A stretch of DNA of 63,321 bases, the filler included, from Rozella allomycis CSF55 (Eukaryota), in the NCBI GenBank assembly GCA_000442015.1. It is 11 parts of 11 records of this genome, joined end to end, with 100 filler letters (N's around TTAATTAATTAA, not from the genome) between each part and the next. Parts side by side here need not be neighbours in the genome. Positions count along the whole stretch, not along the records: positions 1 to 21,353 come from KE560410.1; 10 more parts are not named here. One strand, written 5' to 3'. Below, one piece after another: positions 1 to 11,100 of the stretch (position 1 is the first letter of the stretch; each line of letters begins with the position of its first letter). A model generated the notes under the pieces. That model was not told where the DNA came from. It searched no databases and saw only the letters and a program-made list of their open reading frames with translations. The translations under genes were made by a program, and so were the position numbers.

Positions 1-82
1 CCCCGGGTGTGTATAGATTTAGCCCTATGATGCTGATTCCGATGCAGGAATAATATTTTTGGTGACATAACGCTTCCTTTTG

Positions 83-300
83 TTACATGTCAACCTTCTC
101 TTGTTTAGATATCTTATTAATATCTTGCTTTTGCTTCATTGCTGATCCAAGTGTTAATGTATCATCTTCAACCTCTTCTTCTTCATCGTCTAACGTCTTC
201 CTCTTTATTGAAATCTTCTTCTTCAAAGGATTATAATCTTGCTTTTGAATCTTCGGTAAAATGAATTCCTGAATGTTTTGAATATAGATAGATTTTATTT
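83..300 (-). CDS. 3' fragment of a hypothetical acidic/Lys-rich protein
   Basis: Manual minus-strand translation ...QEFILPKIQKQDYNPLKKKISIKRKTLDDEEEEVEDDTLTLGSAMKQKQDINKISKQEKVDM*; 5' part lost at the n at 304. Confidence 0.4.
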
Positions 301-468
301 AAGNGAAATTTTAGGGCAGCCATAGGGCTAACGAACTGCTAGCCACCGTCGTAGCAGTTCACTCGCGTGTTTGGTACACGCGAGGCAACGGGTAACCTTG
401 ACTACTCGGTTTCAAAGCGACTGGAAGTCGCAATAAGTGTGAATAATTTGGGTTTAATAGATAAAACA

Positions 469-514
469 ACAACAGGGATAACTTACAACAGGGATAACTT
501 AAAACAGGGATAAC
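469..514. repeat. 16-bp tandem repeat ACAACAGGGATAACTT, about 3 copies
   Basis: Directly visible at 469-484, 485-500 and partial 501-514. Confidence 0.9.
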
Positions 515-915
515 AAAGATAATAAATCTAAAAAGGGATTTGGCCGCTGCTATGCAAAAACGACTTTGAATAATTTAATTGAACTGGGGCGCTCTGACTT
601 CGGTCTGACCAAACCTGTTTGGCTCTAGGGTTTTGTTTGGCTTCGGATCTGCGAGTTGGAATTGAGAGTTTTAGGGTCTTAAGTTGGCTTTAGGGTCTTT
701 GTTTCACTTATGCGATCAGGATAAGTAAAACATGCGAGTTTAAGGGTCTTCTAGTCGGATTTAAGGGTTTGTTAAGGTCTAAATTATTTCAAAGTCAGCA
801 TAGCAAGCCAAAATCCCATTACACATATAACAAAAATTTCAGTGATCATTCTCGCTGCGAAGAATTGAGCAGCCCAAATTTATTGCTTTAAAACAAAAAT
901 CAATAATCAAGTATA

Positions 916-1066
916 AACAAGCACGCTGGTCTATAGGCGAATGATCACTAGTAGCAGTAGCGAATGTGTGATTTCAAGCTTGAATTATTAAATGGTAAAA
1001 CATCTGGGTAAACAGGCGCGTTGGCCTATAGGCGAATGATCACTAGTAGCAGTAGCGAACGTGTGN
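916..1066. repeat. Two partial copies of a ~110-bp repeat family (core GGCCTATAGGCGAATGATCACTAGTAGCAGTAGCGAACGTGTG)
   Basis: Near-identical to the array at 7731-8140. Confidence 0.9.
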
Positions 1067-1253
1067 TTATAATGATGGAAAATTTGCGATGAAGTATGGT
1101 CGCTATTTGAATAATGGATACGGTGATAAGAATTCACATCATGCAGAGAAATACGATGAAAACAACAAATATGAAGATGCATACAATGATGANTAGTATA
1201 TTCAAAAGACAACTCACAAAAGACTTTAGTAAGTGGCTGAAAACTTCCTGAAA

Positions 1254-4200
1254 ATGACGAAAAAAAATTCGCACCTGCCTTTCTCATTCTCGGGTGTCGA
1301 AAAGCTCTCAAAAATATACACAAAATGGAGTTCCCAGACATGGAGTGAGCAAAAAGCGAGTATTCTACAGTTTAGCGGGTGTGAAGCGTTCTACGTTGGG
1401 ATAGGCGTTGACGATGCGACTCTGAAGCGGCTGTGTGTGCAGCGAGTTGAGCAGAGTGAGTATGAAGCGAGTGATGAAGATATGCGGCTGCTGCGTGAGG
1501 TTGTTGGGTATGAGGGGTATTTGTATGGGCTGTTTGTGTTTGAGATGGTTGGGATGGGACGAGTGTGTGGGTATTTGGTGAGGGAGCTGGTTGATGAGAT
1601 GTGTGGTGGGGAGGCGATGGATGATGGGGTTGAGTTGATGGCGTTGAGGTGTTTGTATGTGCTGATAAGGGATGGACGGACGGTTGTTGGGTGTGAGGAG
1701 GGGAGGAGGCTTGAGATGTGGTTGGAGGCGTGTTTTGGGAAGAGCAAGGAGACTGTTGGTGTTGCTGGGCTGGTAGTTGTTGGGCTGTGGAAGAAGAATG
1801 GGGTGTTGAGGGAGAAGATGGAAGAGTTTGTTGGAGGGATGGGCTGTGATGTAAGGAGTGTGAGTGTGATCAAGGCGTTGTTTACGTTGGAGTTTGAGAC
1901 GATTGAGTGGTGTTTGGAGAAGATGCTTGGAGTTGTGATGGCAGGGTGTGAGACTGGGAATGTATTGATTGTGCGGGTGATTAGTTTTGAGGCTTTGGTT
2001 GATGTGCACAAGTATCATTGTGAGAATATGAATGGAGTTGATGGGAGGATGGGGATTGTGGAGCGGATGAGCAGATATTGGGATGATGCTGTGGATATAT
2101 TGAGGTATAAGGTGAGGGATTTGTTTATGGTGAAGATGATGTATGAGAGCAAGGAGGAGATTAATGGGATTGCTAGGCGGGTGATGAAGAATATTGGCAG
2201 TGGGGGTGTTGTGCAGAAGAATGCGTATGGGATGATGAGTGTGTTGATGAGACATATGAAGGTTGAAGATGCGAGTGAGAAGATTGAAGAGTGTGTGATG
2301 TCGTGTGAAGGGGCGATGGAATCAGAGTTGTTGAGGAATAAAGCGTGTGATTTGTTGTGTGCATGTTTGAGTGTAGAAATAGAGAATGTTACTTTGAGTG
2401 AATATAAGAGTTTGAAGGTTGTGATGAGAGGGATGGAGAGTGCGAATGTGAATGTGAGGAATGCGTTGTGTAGATTGGTGATGAAACCGATATGCGAGAG
2501 GTATGTGAAGAGCATCCCAAAGTTGATTGAGAGTGTTGGAGGTGATGGGAATGTTAGGGGGAAGATGGCGCTGATGACTGTAGCGAAGACTGTTGGAGGG
2601 ATAGAGATGAATGATGTGAGGGAGCAATTGAAGAAATGTTTTGATCATTTTGATGAAGATGTGAGAATCCAGGCGTTGAGCTTTGTGTGTCAAGATAGAA
2701 AAAGCTGCAAGGAAATTAAACAAGAAGAATTAGAGCTAGTTTTGTATTTTGTGGAGAATTGTTTCTTGACTATTAATAGTGATACAAGACCAAAAATTAA
2801 AGTTAATTTGAAGAGAATGTTTGAGAGAATGAAGAAGAGTTTTAAAAGTAATATTGATGTTTATGAGATCTATTTGAATAAAATGTTAAAGTTTTGTGAC
2901 GAGGGATTGCATTTGGGATCATGTTATAATAGATTGAGTATTTGTTTGTTTTTGGTTAAAGAAATTATTGAGTTTGAAATTGAAATTGATTATGCGTTGA
3001 TTTGGAATAAACTGTTTAAATGTATTTTCTATGATGATTTTGAACTGAAAGAAAATTGTTATGAAATATTGAAGACTATTAAACATAAATTACAGGGCAC
3101 AAAAGGGATTGATGATAGTTTCAAGTCGTTAGATATGCATTTACTGAATTCTGTAAGATCTAATGATGCTGAATCCATTGCGTTGTTGATAAGATTGATG
3201 AAAGAACCACTAATGAAATATTATAAATTGTTTAGAAAACACTTGAATGAAGCAAAGAAGGATATTAAAAGAGCGAGTGTTGAGTATTCGTTGCAAGGAG
3301 TTTTAATAGTTTTGGGTTATTTAATTGAAGATGAGAAAGAATTTAATGATGTTGAAATAAGAGAAGGATTGTTTGAAATGATTAGAGAATTGAAGAATAT
3401 AGTTTCTAAAGTTATGGAGAGTTCAGCACCTGAAGGGTTCATCATTGACGACATTGACATAACCACTGCTAGTAGTAGTGCATTAACTTGTAACGCTTTG
3501 TCTTCGCAATTAACTTGTAACGCTTTGTCTTCGCAGTATCTCAGTTGCTATTGTTGGAGATCAATTAAACAATCAAATCAACTTGCAGGGGTTTTAGCAA
3601 AATGTTTTGAAAAAGATTACGAGTTTATTTCAAGGTTAGCAGAATATTTAAAAGATTTATTAATAAATTCAACACATTGCGGGGCATTTAATTCAGCAGT
3701 TCCATCTTTTCAATTGGTGTGTTCAATACTTTATAAGAATAAACAAATGAAAGAAATTAGTGGATTGATTGATGGATTATTTTCTAGTTTGAATGAGAAA
3801 CAAAGTTATACAAGAAGAAGCGGTGGGATTCCATTAGTCTTGTTGGAAATATTAAAGAATACAAATGACCAATTTCTAGAATATTCTTTTAATAAACTAA
3901 TAAAGAATTGTTTTGAAGAAGAAGAAGAAGATCATGTCAAGATACATTCAATGAATATAATTAAGAGTATTATTAAAGAATCAACATTGAAAAAGAATAT
4001 AATAAACTATATTAGTGATTGTATGGAAATTTGTTTGAGTTCATTGAAGAGTAAAGATTGGAATATAAGAAATTGTGGAATGATGCTTTTTAGTTCATTG
4101 ATTGTTAGAATATTTGGTAGTAAGAAATCTAAAGATGAATCTTTGAAGGAAAATAAAATTACTGCGAATGAATTGTTTTTCAAGTTTCCCAAGATTTACA

Positions 4201-5907
4201 ATTTAATTCTACTAGAACTAAAGGGGATGAAGGGGGTGAAGGGGGAAAAGGGGGAAAAGGAGAATGGAGAGAATAGTACTACTTCAATATCCACTACTTC
4301 TTCGTCTACTGCGACGTTGTTTTATATTCTTTTGTTGTTGAATAGACTGGAACCATCATCTTCTGATAAATTACATGGAATAGATTTAGATGAAATAATA
4401 GATTTACTATTTAATCTACTGGGGTCTCATAATATAAGAATACGAAGTATGACAGTCAATGCAATATATTCTTTAACAAATGATTTCAATTCTCTTTTTC
4501 TCTATTTAAAGAATATTTGTTTAAATCTAAATCTTTACTCTTCAAACTTTCAACATGGCATTCTACTCTTGTTTCATAAAATATTAAAAAAGATTAATCT
4601 AAACAATTTCAATCTAAATAATCTTTTTATTCATCAATCTTTTAAATGTCCAATAATCTCTCAATTGATAATTCAAATCTTAATTGATTTTAACTTCAAT
4701 TCTATTTCTGATGCAATTCCTTTTATTAAAGCAAATGTTTATTATTCAGCTATTGAACCAAATCAAAGAAATTTACTTTTAAATTCAATCAACTTTAATG
4801 TTTCAAATGAATCATCTATTCATGATTTAAAGTCTATTTTACAGAATATATCAAGGTAAGTATTTTATAGATTGTTTTCTTTTTTAAATGATGTTTTTGA
4901 TTAGTCTTTATGAAATCCATTGATTCCAAAGCCTTTTCTGATTCCATCTCTTTAACTATTTCTTTTATTTAAACAGTTTCTAATTATAGATTTGGTATTT
5001 CTGAAAATTACAAGTCTTTGAAACAGTAAGTTATTTCACCTTTATTATTCTCATTCCATCTAATGATGTCTTTATGAATTCCATTGATTCTAAAAGCCTT
5101 TTCTGATTCCATCTCTTTAACTATTTCTTTTATTTAAACAGTTTCTAATTATAGATTCGGCATTTCTGAAAATTACAATTCTTTGAAACAGTAAGTTATT
5201 TCACCTTTTATTATTCTCATTCCATCTAATGATGTTCTTGATTAGTCTTTATGAAATCCATTGATTCCAAAAGCCTTTTCTGATTCAATCTCTCTATTAT
5301 TTCAATTTCTTTAACAGTTTCTAATTATAGGTATTTGTTAAGCAAACAGCCAAAGAATCAACTAGAAGAGAAGAATATTCTTGAATCTCTTTTGCTATTC
5401 CCTTCAATAGAATTTCCACCAGAGAGAATCCTCGATCAAACTATTTCATGTAAAAATAACCACATCAAATATTTAAACCTCTTGGTTCTATCAAAGACTA
5501 ATTTATCAACTCTAAATTCCTCTTACATTGAAAAGCTATCAACGTTCCTTTATGGGTTATCAGATCCAACAGTAAACTATTACCTACGATTAAGTTGTTC
5601 TCGTGTTGTCGAGTCTTTAATACCAATATTCACAGCATTCAAAAATGACTATTTCATTACCGCACTATGTAGGCTTCTAATGGATGACGATGATTCTATC
5701 AGGCATTCAATTAACTATTCCTGTCAATCTATTCTGCCTCATCCATCTGATACTCTAGTTGCTCTAAAATATTTTGCTTCGATGATTGGAAATAAGTCCT
5801 TACTAAAATCTACATCAAATAGTGACTATGGGGCAAATGGGCTTTTCAAAAAGGAACAAGCTAATCAATTCATTGATAATATTTTATTGAACTCTTTAAT
5901 AAAATAG
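1254..5907 (+). CDS. THADA: THADA/Trm732 family HEAT/ARM-repeat protein (tRNA 2'-O-methylation cofactor)
   Basis: DUF2428-type motifs SSAPEG, CWRSIK, HCGAF, RRSGGIP, WNIRNCG. Exon 1 ends at 4855; 36-nt exons at 4990-5025 and 5155-5190; last exon 5331-5907 stays in frame. Start codon uncertain. Confidence 0.85.
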
Positions 5908-6459
5908 AATTTTAATAAAATTAGTTCCAACTTGAAATAATATATTTGTAATACAGTTGATTATGCGGGGCTTGCGTTCTCTTCTTATATTCAGATTTCA
6001 TTTAAACTATAAAATATTAAAGGAGTAAATCAGCCATTAGGCGAGTCACCCTAGTACATTAAAATATTGAATCAAGTTACATTTAAGTAAACATACTTCG
6101 AATCTGGACCATAAGCGGAGATTTGGATTTGATATAAGCTATTTAATAGTTACCGAAACATATGCCGTAGAGATGTATTCTGTGATTTTCATTTGCGTAA
6201 TCACTTCCTCCATGTGGTAGATATTTTTTGGAAATGAGTGGTAATGGACAATAGATTATAGATCGTTCATTTTCATCATAACCAACTTGCATTGCTATTC
6301 CGAATTTCGGAAAAGACATCCCACTTCTATGGTTGGAAACTAGGCCTTCAGCCCATCAGATTTTTATGTGGAGGCTTTTGGTAGGCATTTGAAGTCTTTC
6401 AAAGGTCATATTTCTCACTTTATTCTTTAAAAAATAGAATGTCATAAAATTTAATGGAA

Positions 6460-6657
6460 TTTTTTTTTTTTTTTAAATATATACAATTAAGTCAATAATC
6501 GTATTTATTAAGGATGAGGGATCCACATCGTCAAAGTCACCAAGGAGTCGAACCCTGCCTCACCCTAAAACCCCGGAAAATTCGGATACATGGATGGGGT
6601 TCGAACCATGCACCTAGACGTCCAAAAGTGCCTTAGTTTGCCACTAGACCACCGGAC
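6460..6657 (-). mobile_element. tRNA-derived SINE-like element with poly(A) tail
   Basis: Minus strand: A box TGGTCTAGTGG, B box GGTTCGAACC, second B box GGTTCGACTCC, body, then A15; second copy at 55855-55980. Confidence 0.7.
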
Positions 6658-6867
6658 AGTCAAAAAATGAAGCATCTTTTTGCTTTTGAAAATTTCGAAT
6701 CGGGATTACATTTAAAGTGAATAAATCGAATTTGGACCAAACGGACAGAGTTTACGACCCGGGCTTCAGAATCGTTTATTGAAATGTTGATTTAATACTA
6801 CTTTCACCTCGAATATTCCTTGAAGGGATTTACACCGTTGACCAGTGTAATCTGTGTATACGCATTT

Positions 6868-7377
6868 TGAGATCATCGTCCCCCCGCACCACCCAGAGAA
6901 ACCCGTAATTTTGTCTTTTCGCCGCACCATTACCGCACCACTTCAGAAACTCACACTAAAATCGCAATTCAAAAATTTGATATATATAGCTGTTGAGAAT
7001 ATACATAAAAATAGATTTATATCATTTATTCATATTTATAATATCATCCTGGGTACATATTTAGTCTATAATATCATCCTGGGTACATATTTAGTCGTGC
7101 ATTCTGTCTTCTTTCTCATGAGAAAGTCGCCCTTTTTCTTGAGTTCTTTAAGTTTTTTCTGTCACGTTTGTTACATGCAAGCTATGATGCTTCGTTAAGT
7201 TAATCGGCGAGTTGTACTATGTCTAATTAACGCATAAATTTGACAAGTCCTTGAGGTGGTGCGGGCAAATGACATATGGTGCGGGAAATGATATTTTTAT
7301 TAAGGTGGTGCGGCAAATGACANAGGTGCGGAACAATGACATTCTTATTAAGGTGGTGCGGACAAATAATCTACCCT
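6868..7377. mobile_element. Putative non-autonomous DNA transposon with inverted subterminal repeats
   Basis: CCGCACCA x3 on the left (6884-6941), repeated GGTGCGG on the right (7255-7361); degenerate terminal similarity; internal 30-bp tandem duplication at 7037-7096. Confidence 0.45.
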
Positions 7378-7730
7378 ACGCTTCTTTGATCCCGACGGGC
7401 CAAATTTTGCCTATGAACTCACCAATATCTAATACAGGGCTCACGAATATGCTTTCAAAATGTGTCATTAATGATGAAGAAGNAGAGACTTGTTAACAAC
7501 ATTGAAGAATTTCCTCTACTTCTAGATAAGTGGTTGGATCGATAGCTAATGATCTCCATCACTGATGCCATCAAAGTACCATTCGTACGCGAAAATGCAA
7601 ATTAAGATTACAGCCAACAGTCAATAATATACTCAAATAATAAACCATGATTTAATAATGATTAAATATCATAACACAGCACCAATATTCCAAGTTTTTC
7701 GCTATAGACGTGTTTTGCAATGTCGCCGTN

Positions 7731-8140
7731 GTTTGCAGCTTAAAATATTAATTGGTAAAACATATGGGCGATTAAGGGCTTTGGCCTATAGGCGAATGAT
7801 TACCAGTAGCAGTAGCGAAGGTGTGATTTCAACTAAGCCAGTTTGCAGCTTAAATTATTAATTGGTAAAACATATGGGTGAACAAGGGCTTTGGCCTATA
7901 GGCGAGTGATCACCAGTAGCAGTAGCGAACGTGTGATTTCAACTTAGCCAGTTTGCAGCTNACAAGCGCGTTGGCCTATAGGCGAATGGTCACTAGTAGC
8001 AGTAGCGAACGTGTGATTTCAACTTAGTCAAATTTGCAGCTTAAATTATTAATTGGTAAAACACATGGGTGAACAAGCGCGTTGGCCTATAGGCGAATGA
8101 TCACTAGTAGCAGTAGCGAACGTGTGATCTCAACTTAGCC
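7731..8140. repeat. 110-bp tandem repeat array, about 4 units (interrupted by an n)
   Basis: GTTTGCAGCT recurs at 7731, 7841 and 7951 (period 110); each unit carries the palindrome GCCTATAGGC. Confidence 0.92.
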
Positions 8141-8169
8141 CATTTCTAACCGAGCCGCTGCAGCGTCAT

Positions 8170-11100
8170 TGATGTAAAAAGAAGGACATTTATTTAATTT
8201 AGGCGAGGCTTCGTATATTAGTGAGGATCGTTTCTGATTGGTTCTGTGCGTGTGAACAGATCTTATTCTTGGATGTCGTACCAGGGAGTCTCATCCCATT
8301 TCATAGAGGGATTCTCATCCTACCCTTCTTAGAATAATTATCAAAGAGAGAAATCATAATTCTAAGGGATCTCTTAATCATGAAGGATCTCTATTGTGAT
8401 ACTAATTATAGAAAGGATACTATTTATAATTATAGAAANCAATTATCAACGAGAGGAGTCATGATTCTAATGGATCTCTTAATCCTGAAGGATCTCTATT
8501 CTAATACTAATTATAGAAAGGATACGTTTTATAGAAAGGACCAACATATAAAACTCTAAGGCGATATCAATAAATAGAACGGAGTATATTCCATTCTCAA
8601 TCGACTTCAGTTTTACTCTTTTATCTTTCGATTTACTATCAAATTTATGAGGATCTAGATACTATAAGCGCATGGAGCGACATTGGACTCTTTCGTCTAT
8701 TATTCTATTATTAGTAATACGACATTCACCTCTTCCTACGTGCTTTTCCAAGAAAGGTTTTAATCTGCGAATGTTGATTGTCTCGTGAATAGAGTGTACA
8801 TCCAAAACACATGTAACGTTTGCATTTACTTGAAGAATCTTATAAGGTCCTGAAAATCTCGGTTGAGTCTTTGAAGGATTAATATGTTTAATAAATGCTT
8901 TCATACCGAGGGAGGGCGTAGTTGAAGTTGATTCTTGACTTATTTTCTTTTGCCAACGCCGTTGCCTTTTTTTCTGTCTTCCTGTTGCGGTCTCGAGAAG
9001 TTCATTAGTATTGTATTTTAGACTTGGATGAAGCATGTTGCATCTAAATGCTAATTCTGCTGGGGAGCATCCTAGAACTCGATAATACGATGTTTTGAAA
9101 GCCGACGATATAGCTGGTAAACGATGCGACCAATTTGATATTCCAGTTGCCTGTATACTATGATTATGAAAACCATCAATTTGTTCGACTAGGGAATTGC
9201 TTGAGGATTATATGTGGTTGTTGGGCAATACTGAATTTCGTAACTGTGCAGTAGTTCTTGACACTCGGCGCTTGTAAATTGTGTTCCATGATCACTTGTT
9301 AATTTACTTGGTCTTGGGTAACGACATAACCATTCGTTATCAAATACTTGTGTCACCGTAGCGGCTTGTATATTGTTCACTGCAACTCCATCCTTGTGCA
9401 CCAATCAATCATAATTATCACGTATGTGTTTTCCTCCTCTCCACGTAAGAATTTAAATCAGGATTATTGATAAATGTATCTGTATTTTCCGATATGTTTT
9501 CTGCTTTAAAATTGAAAGGACCTAGAATATCAATCGAGACATGAAAGCATGGAATGTTGCAATTTAATGAGCGTAATACTTTTCCATATGAATTTGACGG
9601 CTTGGAAATTTGGCAAGGTTGACATGAATTGATAAAATGAACAACGTCGTCCTGTGAGTCCAATTAGCAACTTTTCGAATTGTTTGATATACGTTGGTAA
9701 TACCGGCATGTTGTACAGAGCAGTGCAACCTTCAATAATTGGGTTTTGCAGTAATGTAGGGTGTAGGGAACGGTCAAATTTTTGTAAGAAAATTACTTGC
9801 GTGGTAAATCCTGGTGGTAATGTCATTGAGAATTTTGTTGATTTAGGATCTAACGTTTGTAATTCCTTTCTTATTTCGTGACTCTCCGTACATTTATTTT
9901 GAAATTCGTTAAAGATGTTAGGATCTAAGGGATAGTCACCGTCGTGCAGGCTAACTGTGTTGATTGTATAATTGTCATATTTTCGTGAGAGGAAATCAGC
10001 AGCTGTATTTGGCTCGCCCTTAATGTAAGTAATGCGGGGACCAAATTCAACTATAAGTAACTACCATCTTTGAATTCTGTGTAGGTTAAATGTTGATAAA
10101 AATTGCCAATTAGAACGATCCGTAAAAATTGCGATTTCGTGGCCACAAATAATGTGTCGTGTTGCTTGACGCGCCCACACAATTGCCAAAGCTTCCTTTT
10201 CCGAGGTTGTATTCTTCGTTTGTGGATCAGACAATTTTACGACTAAAACAATATATTAATCTAACTTCTTGCATACGAATGGCTCCCACGCCTTTATCCA
10301 AAGCATTTAACATTTGAAAAGGTTTCTCATAATCTTACAAATAAATGTTGGCTAAATGTTTCAACTCATTTATAACTTTTCTCAAAATGTTTGTGTGTTC
10401 TTCGCTCCATTTAAAGGGGACTTCCTTTTTAATAGTCCCGTTTTGGGGCGATTTTGGTACTCACGTAAGGGATCATTAATCTGTTGAAATTCAATGCGCC
10501 AACCAATCTTTGGAATCCTTTTCTGTTCTTCGGTGTGCGTAATTTCTCCAATGCTTCCATATTGTGTTTCGAAATATGAGTTCCATTTCCACTAAGTTCA
10601 AATCCTACATATTCAACTTTCTTTTGCAAAAAATTACATTTGGCTAAATTCAGAGTTATTCCATGTTGTTCAAATCGTTGAAATATTATTTTTAAATCTT
10701 TTATGTGTTCTTCTTTGGTCTTAATAGCAATAAGTAGGTCATCTAAAAATACTCTGACGAGAGGTAAGTCGTCGAAACGTTTACTGACGTCATGTTAAAA
10801 AATCATAGGTGCGTTAGATGGGAAAAAGGGCGTTCTGGTGAATTCATACTGTCAAAAACTAAAGTAAAGGCAGTGGGAGGGATTGCATCAGGGTGGATGG
10901 CACGTTGAAGTTGAAATCAAGTTGGGAAAAAATGACTGCGCCAGATAAGGAATAGATAATATCATCTATGTGAGGCATGGGGAAGCGGTCAACGATCATA
11001 TTTTGATTAAGTAATCTAAAATCTACCACAAGTCTGATGCTTCTATTCTTCTTTAGTTCAACAAACGCTGGTGACGGAAAAGGTGGTAGACTTTTCTTGA

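Noticed and set aside
469-514. Resemblance of CAGGGATAAC to the I-SceI site
   Set aside because: Only a partial match to the 18-bp site; simple minisatellite
1365-2723. Long overlapping His/Pro/Thr-rich antisense ORFs
   Set aside because: By-product of the G-rich, C-poor sense strand of THADA; the same applies to the plus-strand ORFs at 39989-40910
6590-6657. Functional tRNA gene
   Set aside because: A and B boxes are present but acceptor and anticodon stems do not pair; treated as a SINE head
7731-8140. Possible CRISPR array, 5S rRNA array or hammerhead repeat
   Set aside because: Whole units are conserved with no unique spacers, the context is eukaryotic with no cas genes, there is no 5S similarity and no CUGANGA...GAAA core
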